Shown piece by piece: positions 1-11,745 of a DNA stretch of 64,000 nucleotides (position 1 is the first letter of the stretch; every line of letters begins with the position of its first letter). Below the pieces are notes generated by a model. That model ran no database searches. It had not been told where the DNA came from and saw only the letters and a program-made list of their open reading frames with translations. The stretch is from IMG/VR virus record IMGVR_UViG_3300012347_000469, positions 19,126-83,125 of that record. The stretch is one strand, 5' to 3'. Source of the DNA: a virus. Its lineage: Duplodnaviria; Caudoviricetes. A program made the position numbers and the translations under genes.

Positions 1-3000
1 ATTTGTACACCGCCAAAGTCAACTCCAGTCATTAGCTGTGGGATTTCTTTTCCAATCATGCCTGCTAGAGGAGAATAATATTTCTGAATTCTATTAGCAG
101 CATCTAAATATTCGTCATTTCTATCGTATGTTATTGTAATAATATCACCAGCTGCCGGTGGTACTGCAAGTATTAATTTTCCTTTTAATAAATTAAAACT
201 ATCTATGTTTGATTTATAAAATGTTATTGAATATTCGTTAGTTAATATTAATTGTGAATTAATTAATACCACAATTTTACTCTTATCTCTGCTAGGTGCA
301 TATTTTAAATTAAATATCGATGTAAACCCGGGTGATATAAACTCTTCAACTTGTTCATATGTTTGCAAAATTCCAGATTTAGAAATTCTATCAAACTTTA
401 TACCAATTTTTAATGATCTAACAAGCCCATTGCCTAATACTGCCGAAGCAGTTGCAATATTAGTCGAAGACCCGTTACCGCCAACTAATCGAACAGTAGG
501 AGCAGATGTGTATCCAGCACCAGTTGATAAGATTTCTATACCAGACACGCTGCCATTTGACAAGTATGCCTTGGCTACTGCACCTGTACCTGATCCATCA
601 ATTAATACCGACGGAGGGGAAGTATAGCCAGTTCCTGCATTAATTAGTGTAATTGCAATTACAGATTGCCCTAAGTTTTGATAGAATGATTGCCACGGAT
701 AGCTTTCTGATATTATATTTTCTGCAGTAATTGGTACTATTTTACCGTATTCAGTAGAGTATGCTGGTGGATTATCAAAATCTAAAATTGCATTATTTGC
801 ATATTCAACTGCATCATATTTTGAAGTATATTCTCGAATAGTAGTTCTATACGGTTTAACTTCTTCGATATACTGTTGATAACTTTCTAGATTGTCATTT
901 TTATAATTTAATCGTTGATCTAACATTCCTACTTTATGTATTGCATTAAGGAAACTAGTCTTAAATGCCCAATCGACTGCAGGTAGCTGAACAAAAGAAT
1001 ATCGAATTGATGTAAAAAATAATTTATTCCATTCGACTCTTAAATCATCAATGAAAATATCTTCTTTAATTGCAGATAAAATATTTCTAAGTTCAGCAGT
1101 AGGTTGTAAGTCGTAGAAATTACCGTCATACGTCGAAACAGTATCAATTCCGATACCCGATAGTTGTGAAAATTTCGACTTGATAATTTCTATTGTACCG
1201 TTTTCTCTAGCAACTAGATTATAGTTTTGAAGTATTGTTCCAGCACCAAACTCAGTTTTTTGTAATAATGCCCATCCGCCATTTGCAAATTCAGTTATTC
1301 GAATAATATCCCCAGTGTTGGGTCTAATTGACGGTTCTTCAGTTAAACTAGAAATTTCAGTAACAATTCGTGATGTTGGTGTTACTCCAGCTGCATACCA
1401 GTCAACAAATTTCCAATAATTAGGTGTATTAAATGATTGAATTTTTCTCTTAAAAAATATACTGCGACGATCATCCCAACTATAAATAACCCAATAATTG
1501 TCAATTGTTTCGTCTTGTTCAACTAATACTGAGAATTGTCTAACAGATACTACTGCCGACAAATACTTTCGACCCCTAGATAATATAGTAACTGATGAAA
1601 TTTTACCTTGTGAATCAATAGTAGCTACTGCCTTGGCTCCAATGCCAGATCCTTGAATTATAATCGGCGGTACTACTCTATAACCTGCGCCCGGCTCAAG
1701 AATTGTAATTGATTCGATTTCTCCGTCGGTAATATTCGCAACAAGTACAGCTTGCTTTACTTTAACAACTCCGACTGTTTCTAAGTCGATATATTGAGGA
1801 ACTACTAAATCGTACTCGGCTAATTCTTGAATTGGTACACTATCTACTAATCCAAGATTAGAATAACTAATAGTATCAGCAAATGGCTTAGATTGTAATA
1901 GTACATTAACATTTTCTAGTACTGCATCGAGTACCGAAAACCGATCAGCAAACATAGATTGTCTAGGTCTAAAACTTAATCCATATCGCTGTTTTGGTGA
2001 TAACTTAGTATCCGGAACTTTATTGCCGGATTGATCGTATCCTACTAAACTATCAATCCATTTAGCTTCTAAACTAGCAGTTGGTAAGCTATCAGCTACT
2101 CCTTCTGTTAAAAGTTGATATTCAGTATGTACTGGATTTATTTTATAAGCTGATTCTGCATACTCGATATTGATTGCCGAATTGTCACTTGTTAGTAATG
2201 AACGCATATTCCATAATAAAAATTTATCAGTGTCAATTAGTGCAATAAACGGTAGTCCGCTTGTTTCTGGCGAAGCAATTAAATTGCTTACCTGGCTAGC
2301 AGAAATCCTACGAGTCGGCATACCTTCGGGAGTGGCTGTTTTATTCTTAACCCAATAAAAATAAAGTGTATTTGATAATTCTCCGGATACTGAATTATAC
2401 AGCGGCTTAACAGAATAAACTGAATTATCTACAAATTTAGGAGTGCCAGAAATTCCTAATGAAACTCCTTCAGTGGTGATCGACAATGCGGCCCACTCTG
2501 ATGGTGTGTAAATTGATTCTACCCATTCGTATATATCGATAGAGGATCCAGTAACTTGAGAATTCCACTGACCGATTCTGTATGCAATATCGCCTTGTTC
2601 TGCGTATGTAAATTTTACAGTACTTAAATCCCACCAGAGTTTCCCTACATTATCAGAAAACCATGCCTGTGAATCGTCTACTTCGTGATCTGCTGTCCCT
2701 ACAGAATATATAGCAGGATCATATACTGTTTTAAATGATAACTCTTGTTCAGCTACTCCGAGAATATTAAGCTTGTAATGATCTACGATGTCGAGACTAC
2801 CTAAATTAATATTTGTTTCTAAATCATATACTGAAATATTTTTTATAAGATCTAAATTAACTAACTTGCTTTCTTGTGCAATTACTTGTAACGAGTTAGT
2901 AGTTTCATCTTTTGAAAATACCCTAACTTTACCAATTTTAGTAGTTGACAGTGCAGTGCCGGTGCCTGATCCAGCAGATAATGCTGTAAATCGTGTTCCT

Positions 3001-6000
3001 ACTGTAGGAGTAATATTACGTGATACTCCTAATGAGTACCAGTCAGTTGTTCCAACATTAGTAATTGTATACGATTGTCCTGCTATTAAATTCTCAGAAG
3101 CAGATTCGAGTTTATAGTCAGGAGATCCAACTACAATTACTGAATTTGTAGCATCTATTGCTGTACCGAACGATTCAAAATTTTGCAAATCTGCTTCTAA
3201 TTTTTCAGCCAACAAATATACTTGGTCTTTATTTTCATAAACGTATACTTGCCCAGCACTTCCGATTGCATCGTAGAAGCTAGTTCGATTTTTATCAAAA
3301 GTAATCGATCCTGCATCAAATATCGAAGTCGACGCATTTTTTACATTTTTTGCACCGATTACAATACGTTCACTACGTTGGCTAATTGACACACTAGTAC
3401 CGAAAAACTCATTAGGAAATTCTTCATAGCTTAGCAGTTTCTGTACTAGTTTAAATGTAGTACTTGTCGAGGATAAGTCTTTTCTAAAAATGTAAACCGA
3501 TCCTTGAGAATTAAAATTGATATCGGCATTAGGACTTGATATTACTAAAGTAGATCCTGCCCAATCGATGTCCATCGATAGCCCGAACTGATCTCCACTA
3601 GCAATAATTTCGCTAGTACCTGTATCATTTATATCATCTAAAGTAGCAGCAGTAATAGTCTGATGGAGAATATATGCGCCAGCTAACGATCGTTGATAAA
3701 CAAATACCTTTCCTGTAGGCAATCTAGAACTGTCGCCTACAATTGCCCACGGATCTCGCTCTGGTGATTGATTAATACTAGCATATACAACTGATGAGTC
3801 TGTCGATGGATCGTTATCTGATCTTGGATCATACAATTTTCTATAAGAACTAATACTAGTTAGCGGGTCTTCATATCGTACTACATCGTTTGTGTAATAA
3901 ACTTGATAAGGACTCCATACTCCTTTATAATTTTCAAAATATTGATTATCTGCGTTAGGAGCACTGACTACCAAAATACTGCCATCTCGACTCATTGATA
4001 TAGCATGCCCGAAGTTATCACCTTGCTTTACCATTTCAGAAAATTGTAAAGTATTAGATGTTGAATCTCCTAACAAACCAGTTGGTAATGTTAACACTTC
4101 TTCGTCGTATGCTGTTCTTGATGGTAAGAAACTACCAGAATTTTCAACTAACTCCCACATCTCATCATTAAATGCAGTGTTTTGCGTTTTAATAATGTCA
4201 ACAGTGGCAGTCCATAACTTGTTATTGTACCAAACTACTGAACTGGCAGGGAATACAATATCATTAATTACATATTCTGTAGAATCAATACTAATATATA
4301 ATCCTCTATAATTTCGATCTTCAACTATACTCCATTTAGAGTTTTCATATACATATAAGTAAACCCGGCCGGTACTGTTTACTGCACCAGTTGCCGAGAC
4401 CGCCATATAATATTTGCCGTTTGATACAGATATCGAAATACTAGATCCAAAGTATTCATTAGCAAATACCCTAGGACTAACAATTACATCTGATACCGTC
4501 CATTGATTAGACTGCCATTTATATAAGAATACCGCTCCTTGGTGGGTAGGGCCTGCATATCCAGATAAATCTCCCTTAACTAATGTCGCTGGTTTCCAGT
4601 CTTCGGTATATATGTCAATTGTACTACCATCGCCAATTCGAGTACCTACAGATTCCCAAAGTTGTCCTTTGTATAATACAATATCACCAATTGAATATGC
4701 AGCCGCTGGATTAAATTCGCCTGCAAAGTTACTCTTAATTCCGCTAGCATTAGGTGCTCCTACTGCTAACCATTTATCGTCCGGACTTAATGCAAGCACT
4801 GCACCGAAACTAAAATTTAATGCAGTAGCATATCCCGATGCCGGAATTATAATTTGACTAACTGCTAATGTATTATTATAGTCCGCTAGCGAAATAACTT
4901 GACCCGAACCAGGAATACCGACTAGTGATCTGTTCAAACTAATAGCATGTGCTACCGCAGATCCGACGCGTAAAGGATTCGTAATTAAATAATTACTAAC
5001 AGTAGACCCAACAAATTGTGTTTGCTTTTGCAAAACTTGCCATGCGGTTGATGCCGACTCATCTCCATATATATCATCGATCCATATTCTAGAATTAGTC
5101 TTCAGTAATGTTAAAGATTCACGGTTAACATCTGCAAATGATTTATATCTTGCATTGGTTAGTAAATATAGATTGTATGAGATTGTGCTAGAATCAAACG
5201 GTATCAATAACGAAGTAGATTCAACTACAACTGTGAAAGATGTATCGGTTACTGCAACAATATTAAAAAATCCAGTTAGCTCGTCGATATCTCGAATACC
5301 TATGTAGTCATCAACATTTAATAAATGAGGGCGATTAACTGTTACTGTAACTAAGGTATCGACTTTAACAATACTCGTAATATATATAGAACTAGTAAAG
5401 TTGAATCGTAATACTGACCATGTGTAATTATCAAAAGTAATCCAAAAATGTGTATTTTCCGGAACTGTATTAATATCAATTGTTTTTAAATCAGATTTTG
5501 TTCGTACTGTGTAATCTATTTGATTAAGTGCTACGTAACCTGCCGATCTAGTAATTCCTGTATACTGACTAGTCGGATTAACAGCGGTAGTAAAAGGAAT
5601 CGGTGCATAACTGAACTTACTTTGATCTGTCCTAATATATAAATCAGTGTAGTTACCGGTTGTTGATGATATTATAATTGGCTGAGGATTTAATTCAAAA
5701 TCACCTTTATTAATTTCAAACTCAACATATGAAACTTGATCGGTACCTCCTAGCCTACCGACTTGAAACGCCCATTCTTCGTTTAATACAATTCCGGCAT
5801 CTATATCAGTGTTTGCTTTATCAAATAATTTAACCAATGCATTAGCAGTGCCTTTTTCTCGTATAAATCCTTGGTACAGTTTAAATTGGGAAACTTGATC
5901 TTCTGCAATTTCTTGTAAATAATCTCTAGTTTGATAACCGATTGCGTGTCTTGCAAGATCTCGTTGACTAGATCCAATTCCGTCAGCATCTGAATTATAG

Positions 6001-9000
6001 TAATCACTGAATTGATTAATTTTGTAATCAAAATTAGATAATAGTTGACTTTCGGGTGTTACATCTAATTTGCTCCACTTAGATTCGTCAAATGTGTCAG
6101 TTCCTAATTGGAATTTTAAATTTGTCCAATTATAAGAACGATACGATACTATATCACCTAATTTATAATCAACAAACGGAGACCACGGTGTAATATTAAC
6201 ATTGTCGTATATAAATCCTGGACTTGTGTAATCACCATCCCAATCTGTAGTTCTAAATCCTCTTGATTTCAATCTGTTTTGACGATACCCTGTAGTTTTA
6301 TCATATATTACATCATTAAATACAGTTCTATCTGAAAAAATAGCAACGTGCTCTTTTAAAACTAAGTACGCTTTGAGTAGATATATGCTGTCTGATAAAT
6401 TAACTGTCTCAACCGTTAATTGTTGGAACTCGCGGGTTACATTAATTGCACTAGGTAATAATACATTTCCGTCATTCTTTAAGATTTGATAATCATAGAA
6501 TCCATCTAAGAAATTTTCCGCCACGCCGACTGAAGTAGTAAACGTAAGTTTGTTTGCTGCCGGGCTTAATGATAGCAATGCTCCTTGTGCCCAGTTATGG
6601 CGAGTCCAAAATAAGAATTCCTTAATACTGGTTACCCAATTTCTAGTTTCTCGCAAAACAGTATCATACTCGTCAAATACAAAACCTTCAGATTTAAGAT
6701 ATTCCGAATATCCGCATAAAAAATCAACAACATCTTGTATAGATGTAAAAATTGTACCGTATTCAAGTTCTTCAGCTTTAGATTTATAAAATTGAGTTCT
6801 AACAAATACTGTAACTCCCCCAGTAAGAGGTAATGCGGGTATTTTTTTCCATAATGAAGCCTCGAACACTGTGCCACTGTTGTGTGACTTAATTGCTCGA
6901 TAAAAGCTATCGTAGTATTTAATTAGTGTTCCGTTAGAATATGTAACATTAGATTCCCATTCTACATAATTATCAGATACCCCGCCTACGCTTAGTAATT
7001 GACTCTCGACTAGTTGGGGACTATAATATTTAAATACTGGATTGAGATTGTCATACCCATAAATTTTGTATCCTCTTTCAGCTTTTTCAATTATTACTCC
7101 ACTATAAGTAACTGTTTGCATAGGAATTCCAACATTGAAAATTATGTTATAATTTTCAATGGGTACAAAAATACTACTAGTTTTTGCATTAGGATTTTTA
7201 CTATCTAAAATGTATTTTTGTTGAGTTTTATCAACAAATCCCGATAATCGTGTAGAAAGATGTACATCAATACCGTATATCTTTTCAGATATAGTAGTTA
7301 GCGGCAAATTCACATACTTACCGTAGTCTGTTATATAATTTATCAATCCTGATGAGACGATTCCGCCAACTTCCGGTATTACTATATTTTCAAGTTTTAA
7401 AAATTGATTAGACTCTACACATACTGTTTGCCCTATCTTATTTAATTTTACTCTATTTTTATCTAAGTTTTCACCAATAAATTCAAACGGTCTCATTATG
7501 CATGATGCAATAATTAAAGAAAACGGCCAGTCGCTGCTACGTTTCCATGCAGTTTCTACCGGAGATCCATCGCCGAATTTAAAATCGTTGTTTTTATCAA
7601 CTAGGGGGAGAGTACCAATTAAATTTGAATCTATTGGTGATAATAAATTACCGTCGGCATCTACTGGTAAATGACTTAAAATGGTAGGACGCTTGTATCT
7701 GTCATGTGTCCCAGCTGTAGGTCCATTTCGAATTATACCGTCGCGAATATCTTCCCATAAAATTAAGTTATTGCTTGTGTATGGGAATTCTCCGTATTCG
7801 CTATCCCACCATGTTGGTTTTTCAGAAAAACCAAGCATTGCCCACGGTGTTAAATGAGGAGTATCAGTATCATAAAACCAATTGTATAATCCTCTCCACC
7901 ATCCTGGTAAATTGCCTTCACCTGTTAAATCAGTTAAGTCGCTGTAAGTATAAGTGAACGGGTTGCTCGGAATGAAGAATTGATTTTCGACAAATTCAGT
8001 TCTAGAAAATTGTGCCCATTGTCTAAATTGTTTAGATATAACAGAATCTAATTGTGATTTTGAGTAAACTGCATTTCCGTACTTGCCGCCAAATATATAA
8101 TCAATATCATATATTTCTGTGCTATATGTTTTTTTGATATTATTATAAATTCTCTTTTCTAATTCTAAAATAACATCATCTCTATAATCGTTATACGCAA
8201 CAGTAATGCTGCCGTCGTGACCACGAATAACATTAATCGGTTCGATATATGTATTATCTAAAAATTTTTCCGGCAAGTATCTTTTGTATAGCCCTAACTT
8301 AGTAGGAGTCGGAGGCATATAACTAAATGCCGTACTTACATATTCTTTAATAACAACAACATCATTTTCTGATACGTCAACTAGTAATTCAACAAATCCA
8401 AAATTAGAATTGAAAATATAATCTCGAGATACAACTAATTGTAAGTTATTTAAATAAATGTAAACAGCACGGCGACTCGATGTGTCGAGGTCAAATTTAT
8501 TAGACAACGCAAATACTTTAATTTCTGGGTCTTCTACTACATAAACTTTTGCAGTATGTGCCCCTACTCCTAACATATCAGAGTCTGCAAACGGAGTAGT
8601 TTGAGTCTTGACTTTGGTCATTTCGACAATAATGTCATCAACAAACTGAACTGGATCATTATCGTACTCAAGGGTCTCTGCTAGTCGAACAAAGTTATTT
8701 TTATAATTTCGATATGCATTATTTGCATACTCTACCGATTTAATTACATTTAATTGTTTGTCACATAATAATTCAATTGCAACAGGAGTTATGCTAGAAT
8801 GCTTAACAAAGCGTTTCGCTAGATGCTGATACCCAGTGATGTCTCTAAGATTACTATTTCCAGGATATATCCCATTAAACTCACTAAAAATGTCGACCGC
8901 AGTAGATATATGATCTACTGCTTCTCCTAATGTAAATGTGGTAATATCTTGATTTAACGGATTTTTTTCTAAGCCAATAGGAATTTCATAATAGCCGTAC

Positions 9001-11744
9001 TTGGGCTCTGCATTACAAAATACTTTAATAGATACTACTGTTCCGACAGGTAATAATACATTAAATATAAATTTGTTATCGACTCGTTCTACAGGTGCAG
9101 TGTATTTCTCTCCGTTAACATATATAATTGTTTTATAAATATTGTCTAAAGGAGTAGCTGCCCAATCGATAGCATCAATAATTGCAATATTTGACTCAGT
9201 AGTAATTGTTACGGTATCGATAATTGGTTGATAAAAGCGTTTGTCGGATTTAATCCAGCAATTTCCGTACTCTCCAGTTTCTATGGATTCATAATACCCG
9301 GCCGAAATAGGTTTTACAATTTGTGTCCTATTTAATTCATATTGAAACGATTCGATATCCCAATCAAAATTAAATGTTATATCACCAATATTGTTAATAT
9401 TTAAATAACTAATACTAAATCCTAATTCAGTATCAATAATTGAATTTCCAAGTTTATAGCTTAAAATTTTAGAACCTGAAAATGTGCTTGCCGGGTATCT
9501 CGATACATCACTGTAGCTAACTCCGTCATCGTCGACTACTTCGAATAACGGAGACTGGTTTGCTGACATTTTACGCTGGCTTAGATGCCATGCATCATTT
9601 ACAAAATGATACATGCTTCCAATTTGTGTTCCTCTCTTTACTAATACACATTCACCGATATATGATTCAGAATCGTTAATATGTTTAAGAGTTATTTGTC
9701 TTAAGTCAGGACTAACTTTCCATATTGAAGATGTTGGATACATAGCGGTGCTAGCCAACATCAAATTACCTTCGGGTACTGCATTTGCTAAGTTAAGTAC
9801 ATCACCTTGTGGTATCAACGATATCGTAAATTCTGTCGAATTCGAATTTAAATTATTAACTGATACAATATAATAAGTTGTATCTAAACTCACATTACCC
9901 ACCGAAGTACCAGAGAAAGAAATAGCCATTCCTGGTTTAATGTTAGTATTTTTTAAAACTTTTAATTGATTTGTTATTCCAGAAGTAGACAAAATCGATA
10001 ACTTAATCGAAGGGGAATTGCTTAGTGCAGTTAAGGATTGTCCATTAAATCGCACAGTTTCTCCAGTTCGATAAGAAATATTAATATCCCAATCACCTCT
10101 ATATGACGATCCAGAGCTATGATTAATAAAATTTACTTCATAAATTTTATTATTAGCAAGCCTGTCAGTATCTGCAGTTACTAATAGTCTAGCACCATCA
10201 AATAAATATTCTCCGTCGACTATGTACCCTTGACTACCTTCGATTGTTGAAAATACATCTGTTGTAAAAGTATCTACAAAATCAACTGGAGTTTTTGCAA
10301 TAGTTCCATGATTAAATAATCGAATATTACTTAAAAATTCAATAATTGGGCGTTTTGCTCTAGCTGCGTCGCTTGCATCAAAATCTGTACCATTAAATTC
10401 ATGAGAATATGTTAAGACTGATCGGTGGAACCATCTGTTATATCGACTCCACGGATTTGAATCTTGACTTGTACGATTAATTGTTATATAGTCCTTAGAA
10501 GACGGATATAATGCTGCATCGTCAAACGGTTCAGCATCAAACCCTCTATTATCAAATAAAATTTCAGGAACATCAGCGGTAAAATTACTTGGGATTAAAT
10601 CCTGAAATTTTACTAACTTAATTTTGTCACCAACACCTTCTACTAGCCAGCTATCTCGAGAATAGTTAGACGGTGTTACTTTTCCCGAAAATGAAACTAT
10701 CATCCCGTTACTTAACACAACACCATTAGTGCTAGAGTAAGTTTGTTTTCCTAAAATTTCCTGTTCAACATTTATAGTTGTGTTGGTTTCAACATTAGCA
10801 ATGATAAATCTGCCAAACATGTTCGGATCAAGTACACTTTGATAAAACAATACATCAGGTGCATCTAGCGGAACTGAAAAAGTAATTGTTCCGTTTTCAG
10901 TTCCGCTATTTGTAACTCCTGTAGTGTAGTCAAAAATCGACGTTGATGTAGCAGTTTCGACAAAATCCCAGTCAGCCGACTCGATGCTAATTGAACTACC
11001 TTCAGTAAACGATATGTTTGTGTTAGCTTTCCATAACTTACCATCGTATATCGCGTATTGATTTTTTGAATACGATAAATTAGGATTGTACAATAAAGAT
11101 CCAATATCATACGATGTACGTATTACAAATCCGTTGTTAGGTGCATTAACTCGAAAATTATATGTCTGACCCCTGTAGAGAGTAATTGTTGGATTATTTG
11201 TTTTTCCATCTGGGGAGAAAATAAAAGTCGAACCAACACCTAACCCAACCTTATAAGTACTTACTATATTTTGAGATTGACCTGTTATGTTAACAACTGG
11301 AGGTCCTTCTGGAACCCAAAAATATTCTCGATAGTTAACAAACTTGTCCCAGTCAATCGGAGGTGTCCACGAGTAATGATCCTGCTCAGTAATTGAATCG
11401 TCTCTATCAATTTTATTTTCAAAAAATTGTAATTGATTTTTAAAATCAATATAATCATAAAAATTTAAAATTTTCTCGTCTTTTTTGACTACTACAGCAG
11501 GCTCTAATTGATATCTACTACGTAATGTCTGGTCGGTATCAAGGTATACATCTGTACTATTAAATGTTTTACCATATCTACGACCAATATATCCTACAGT
11601 TTTGTCTAGCTTTCCTGGCTGCACTAATGGATCAAGCACAGCTGCCATAAACTTATTATTTGCTGGAGTTTGAAATACTGCAGGTAGTAAGTCTACAGTT
11701 CTACGAATTGGTACGCCACTTTGAGTATAAATTTTATCTGTCAT
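1..11744 (-). CDS. Giant baseplate wedge/tail-associated structural protein (gp7-like position), >=3914 aa; runs off the left edge of the window
   Basis: ATG at 11744 lies 2 nt after the gp6 stop. Manual translation (MTDKIYTQSGVPIRRTVDLLPAVFQT...GVDFGGVQ) found no stop, and the frame is the same at 11742, 5871 and position 3. It is missing from the ORF track, presumably because it has no stop in the window. Contains FG-GAP-like and W-x-Y-x-x-G-D-x-V repeats. Confidence 0.8.
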   Translation of the reverse strand, partial: MTDKIYTQSGVPIRRTVDLLPAVFQTPANNKFMAAVLDPLVQPGKLDKTVGYIGRRYGKTFNSTDVYLDTDQTLRSRYQLEPAVVVKKDEKILNFYDYIDFKNQLQFFENKIDRDDSITEQDHYSWTPPIDWDKFVNYREYFWVPEGPPVVNITGQSQNIVSTYKVGLGVGSTFIFSPDGKTNNPTITLYRGQTYNFRVNAPNNGFVIRTSYDIGSLLYNPNLSYSKNQYAIYDGKLWKANTNISFTEGSSISIESADWDFVETATSTSIFDYTTGVTNSGTENGTITFSVPLDAPDVLFYQSVLDPNMFGRFIIANVETNTTINVEQEILGKQTYSSTNGVVLSNGMIVSFSGKVTPSNYSRDSWLVEGVGDKIKLVKFQDLIPSNFTADVPEILFDNRGFDAEPFDDAALYPSSKDYITINRTSQDSNPWSRYNRWFHRSVLTYSHEFNGTDFDASDAARAKRPIIEFLSNIRLFNHGTIAKTPVDFVDTFTTDVFSTIEGSQGYIVDGEYLFDGARLLVTADTDRLANNKIYEVNFINHSSGSSYRGDWDINISYRTGETVRFNGQSLTALSNSPSIKLSILSTSGITNQLKVLKNTNIKPGMAISFSGTSVGNVSLDTTYYIVSVNNLNSNSTEFTISLIPQGDVLNLANAVPEGNLMLASTAMYPTSSIWKVSPDLRQITLKHINDSESYIGECVLVKRGTQIGSMYHFVNDAWHLSQRKMSANQSPLFEVVDDDGVSYSDVSRYPASTFSGSKILSYKLGNSIIDTELGFSISYLNINNIGDITFNFDWDIESFQYELNRTQIVKPISAGYYESIETGEYGNCWIKSDKRFYQPIIDTVTITTESNIAIIDAIDWAATPLDNIYKTIIYVNGEKYTAPVERVDNKFIFNVLLPVGTVVSIKVFCNAEPKYGYYEIPIGLEKNPLNQDITTFTLGEAVDHISTAVDIFSEFNGIYPGNSNLRDITGYQHLAKRFVKHSSITPVAIELLCDKQLNVIKSVEYANNAYRNYKNNFVRLAETLEYDNDPVQFVDDIIVEMTKVKTQTTPFADSDMLGVGAHTAKVYVVEDPEIKVFALSNKFDLDTSSRRAVYIYLNNLQLVVSRDYIFNSNFGFVELLVDVSENDVVVIKEYVSTAFSYMPPTPTKLGLYKRYLPEKFLDNTYIEPINVIRGHDGSITVAYNDYRDDVILELEKRIYNNIKKTYSTEIYDIDYIFGGKYGNAVYSKSQLDSVISKQFRQWAQFSRTEFVENQFFIPSNPFTYTYSDLTDLTGEGNLPGWWRGLYNWFYDTDTPHLTPWAMLGFSEKPTWWDSEYGEFPYTSNNLILWEDIRDGIIRNGPTAGTHDRYKRPTILSHLPVDADGNLLSPIDSNLIGTLPLVDKNNDFKFGDGSPVETAWKRSSDWPFSLIIASCIMRPFEFIGENLDKNRVKLNKIGQTVCVESNQFLKLENIVIPEVGGIVSSGLINYITDYGKYVNLPLTTISEKIYGIDVHLSTRLSGFVDKTQQKYILDSKNPNAKTSSIFVPIENYNIIFNVGIPMQTVTYSGVIIEKAERGYKIYGYDNLNPVFKYYSPQLVESQLLSVGGVSDNYVEWESNVTYSNGTLIKYYDSFYRAIKSHNSGTVFEASLWKKIPALPLTGGVTVFVRTQFYKSKAEELEYGTIFTSIQDVVDFLCGYSEYLKSEGFVFDEYDTVLRETRNWVTSIKEFLFWTRHNWAQGALLSLSPAANKLTFTTSVGVAENFLDGFYDYQILKNDGNVLLPSAINVTREFQQLTVETVNLSDSIYLLKAYLVLKEHVAIFSDRTVFNDVIYDKTTGYRQNRLKSRGFRTTDWDGDYTSPGFIYDNVNITPWSPFVDYKLGDIVSYRSYNWTNLKFQLGTDTFDESKWSKLDVTPESQLLSNFDYKINQFSDYYNSDADGIGSSQRDLARHAIGYQTRDYLQEIAEDQVSQFKLYQGFIREKGTANALVKLFDKANTDIDAGIVLNEEWAFQVGRLGGTDQVSYVEFEINKGDFELNPQPIIISSTTGNYTDLYIRTDQSKFSYAPIPFTTAVNPTSQYTGITRSAGYVALNQIDYTVRTKSDLKTIDINTVPENTHFWITFDNYTWSVLRFNFTSSIYITSIVKVDTLVTVTVNRPHLLNVDDYIGIRDIDELTGFFNIVAVTDTSFTVVVESTSLLIPFDSSTISYNLYLLTNARYKSFADVNRESLTLLKTNSRIWIDDIYGDESASTAWQVLQKQTQFVGSTVSNYLITNPLRVGSAVAHAISLNRSLVGIPGSGQVISLADYNNTLAVSQIIIPASGYATALNFSFGAVLALSPDDKWLAVGAPNASGIKSNFAGEFNPAAAYSIGDIVLYKGQLWESVGTRIGDGSTIDIYTEDWKPATLVKGDLSGYAGPTHQGAVFLYKWQSNQWTVSDVIVSPRVFANEYFGSSISISVSNGKYYMAVSATGAVNSTGRVYLYVYENSKWSIVEDRNYRGLYISIDSTEYVINDIVFPASSVVWYNNKLWTATVDIIKTQNTAFNDEMWELVENSGSFLPSRTAYDEEVLTLPTGLLGDSTSNTLQFSEMVKQGDNFGHAISMSRDGSILVVSAPNADNQYFENYKGVWSPYQVYYTNDVVRYEDPLTSISSYRKLYDPRSDNDPSTDSSVVYASINQSPERDPWAIVGDSSRLPTGKVFVYQRSLAGAYILHQTITAATLDDINDTGTSEIIASGDQFGLSMDIDWAGSTLVISSPNADINFNSQGSVYIFRKDLSSTSTTFKLVQKLLSYEEFPNEFFGTSVSISQRSERIVIGAKNVKNASTSIFDAGSITFDKNRTSFYDAIGSAGQVYVYENKDQVYLLAEKLEADLQNFESFGTAIDATNSVIVVGSPDYKLESASENLIAGQSYTITNVGTTDWYSLGVSRNITPTVGTRFTALSAGSGTGTALSTTKIGKVRVFSKDETTNSLQVIAQESKLVNLDLIKNISVYDLETNINLGSLDIVDHYKLNILGVAEQELSFKTVYDPAIYSVGTADHEVDDSQAWFSDNVGKLWWDLSTVKFTYAEQGDIAYRIGQWNSQVTGSSIDIYEWVESIYTPSEWAALSITTEGVSLGISGTPKFVDNSVYSVKPLYNSVSGELSNTLYFYWVKNKTATPEGMPTRRISASQVSNLIASPETSGLPFIALIDTDKFLLWNMRSLLTSDNSAINIEYAESAYKINPVHTEYQLLTEGVADSLPTASLEAKWIDSLVGYDQSGNKVPDTKLSPKQRYGLSFRPRQSMFADRFSVLDAVLENVNVLLQSKPFADTISYSNLGLVDSVPIQELAEYDLVVPQYIDLETVGVVKVKQAVLVANITDGEIESITILEPGAGYRVVPPIIIQGSGIGAKAVATIDSQGKISSVTILSRGRKYLSAVVSVRQFSVLVEQDETIDNYWVIYSWDDRRSIFFKRKIQSFNTPNYWKFVDWYAAGVTPTSRIVTEISSLTEEPSIRPNTGDIIRITEFANGGWALLQKTEFGAGTILQNYNLVARENGTIEIIKSKFSQLSGIGIDTVSTYDGNFYDLQPTAELRNILSAIKEDIFIDDLRVEWNKLFFTSIRYSFVQLPAVDWAFKTSFLNAIHKVGMLDQRLNYKNDNLESYQQYIEEVKPYRTTIREYTSKYDAVEYANNAILDFDNPPAYSTEYGKIVPITAENIISESYPWQSFYQNLGQSVIAITLINAGTGYTSPPSVLIDGSGTGAVAKAYLSNGSVSGIEILSTGAGYTSAPTVRLVGGNGSSTNIATASAVLGNGLVRSLKIGIKFDRISKSGILQTYEQVEEFISPGFTSIFNLKYAPSRDKSKIVVLINSQLILTNEYSITFYKSNIDSFNLLKGKLILAVPPAAGDIITITYDRNDEYLDAANRIQKYYSPLAGMIGKEIPQLMTGVDFGGVQ

Positions 11745-11745
11745 A

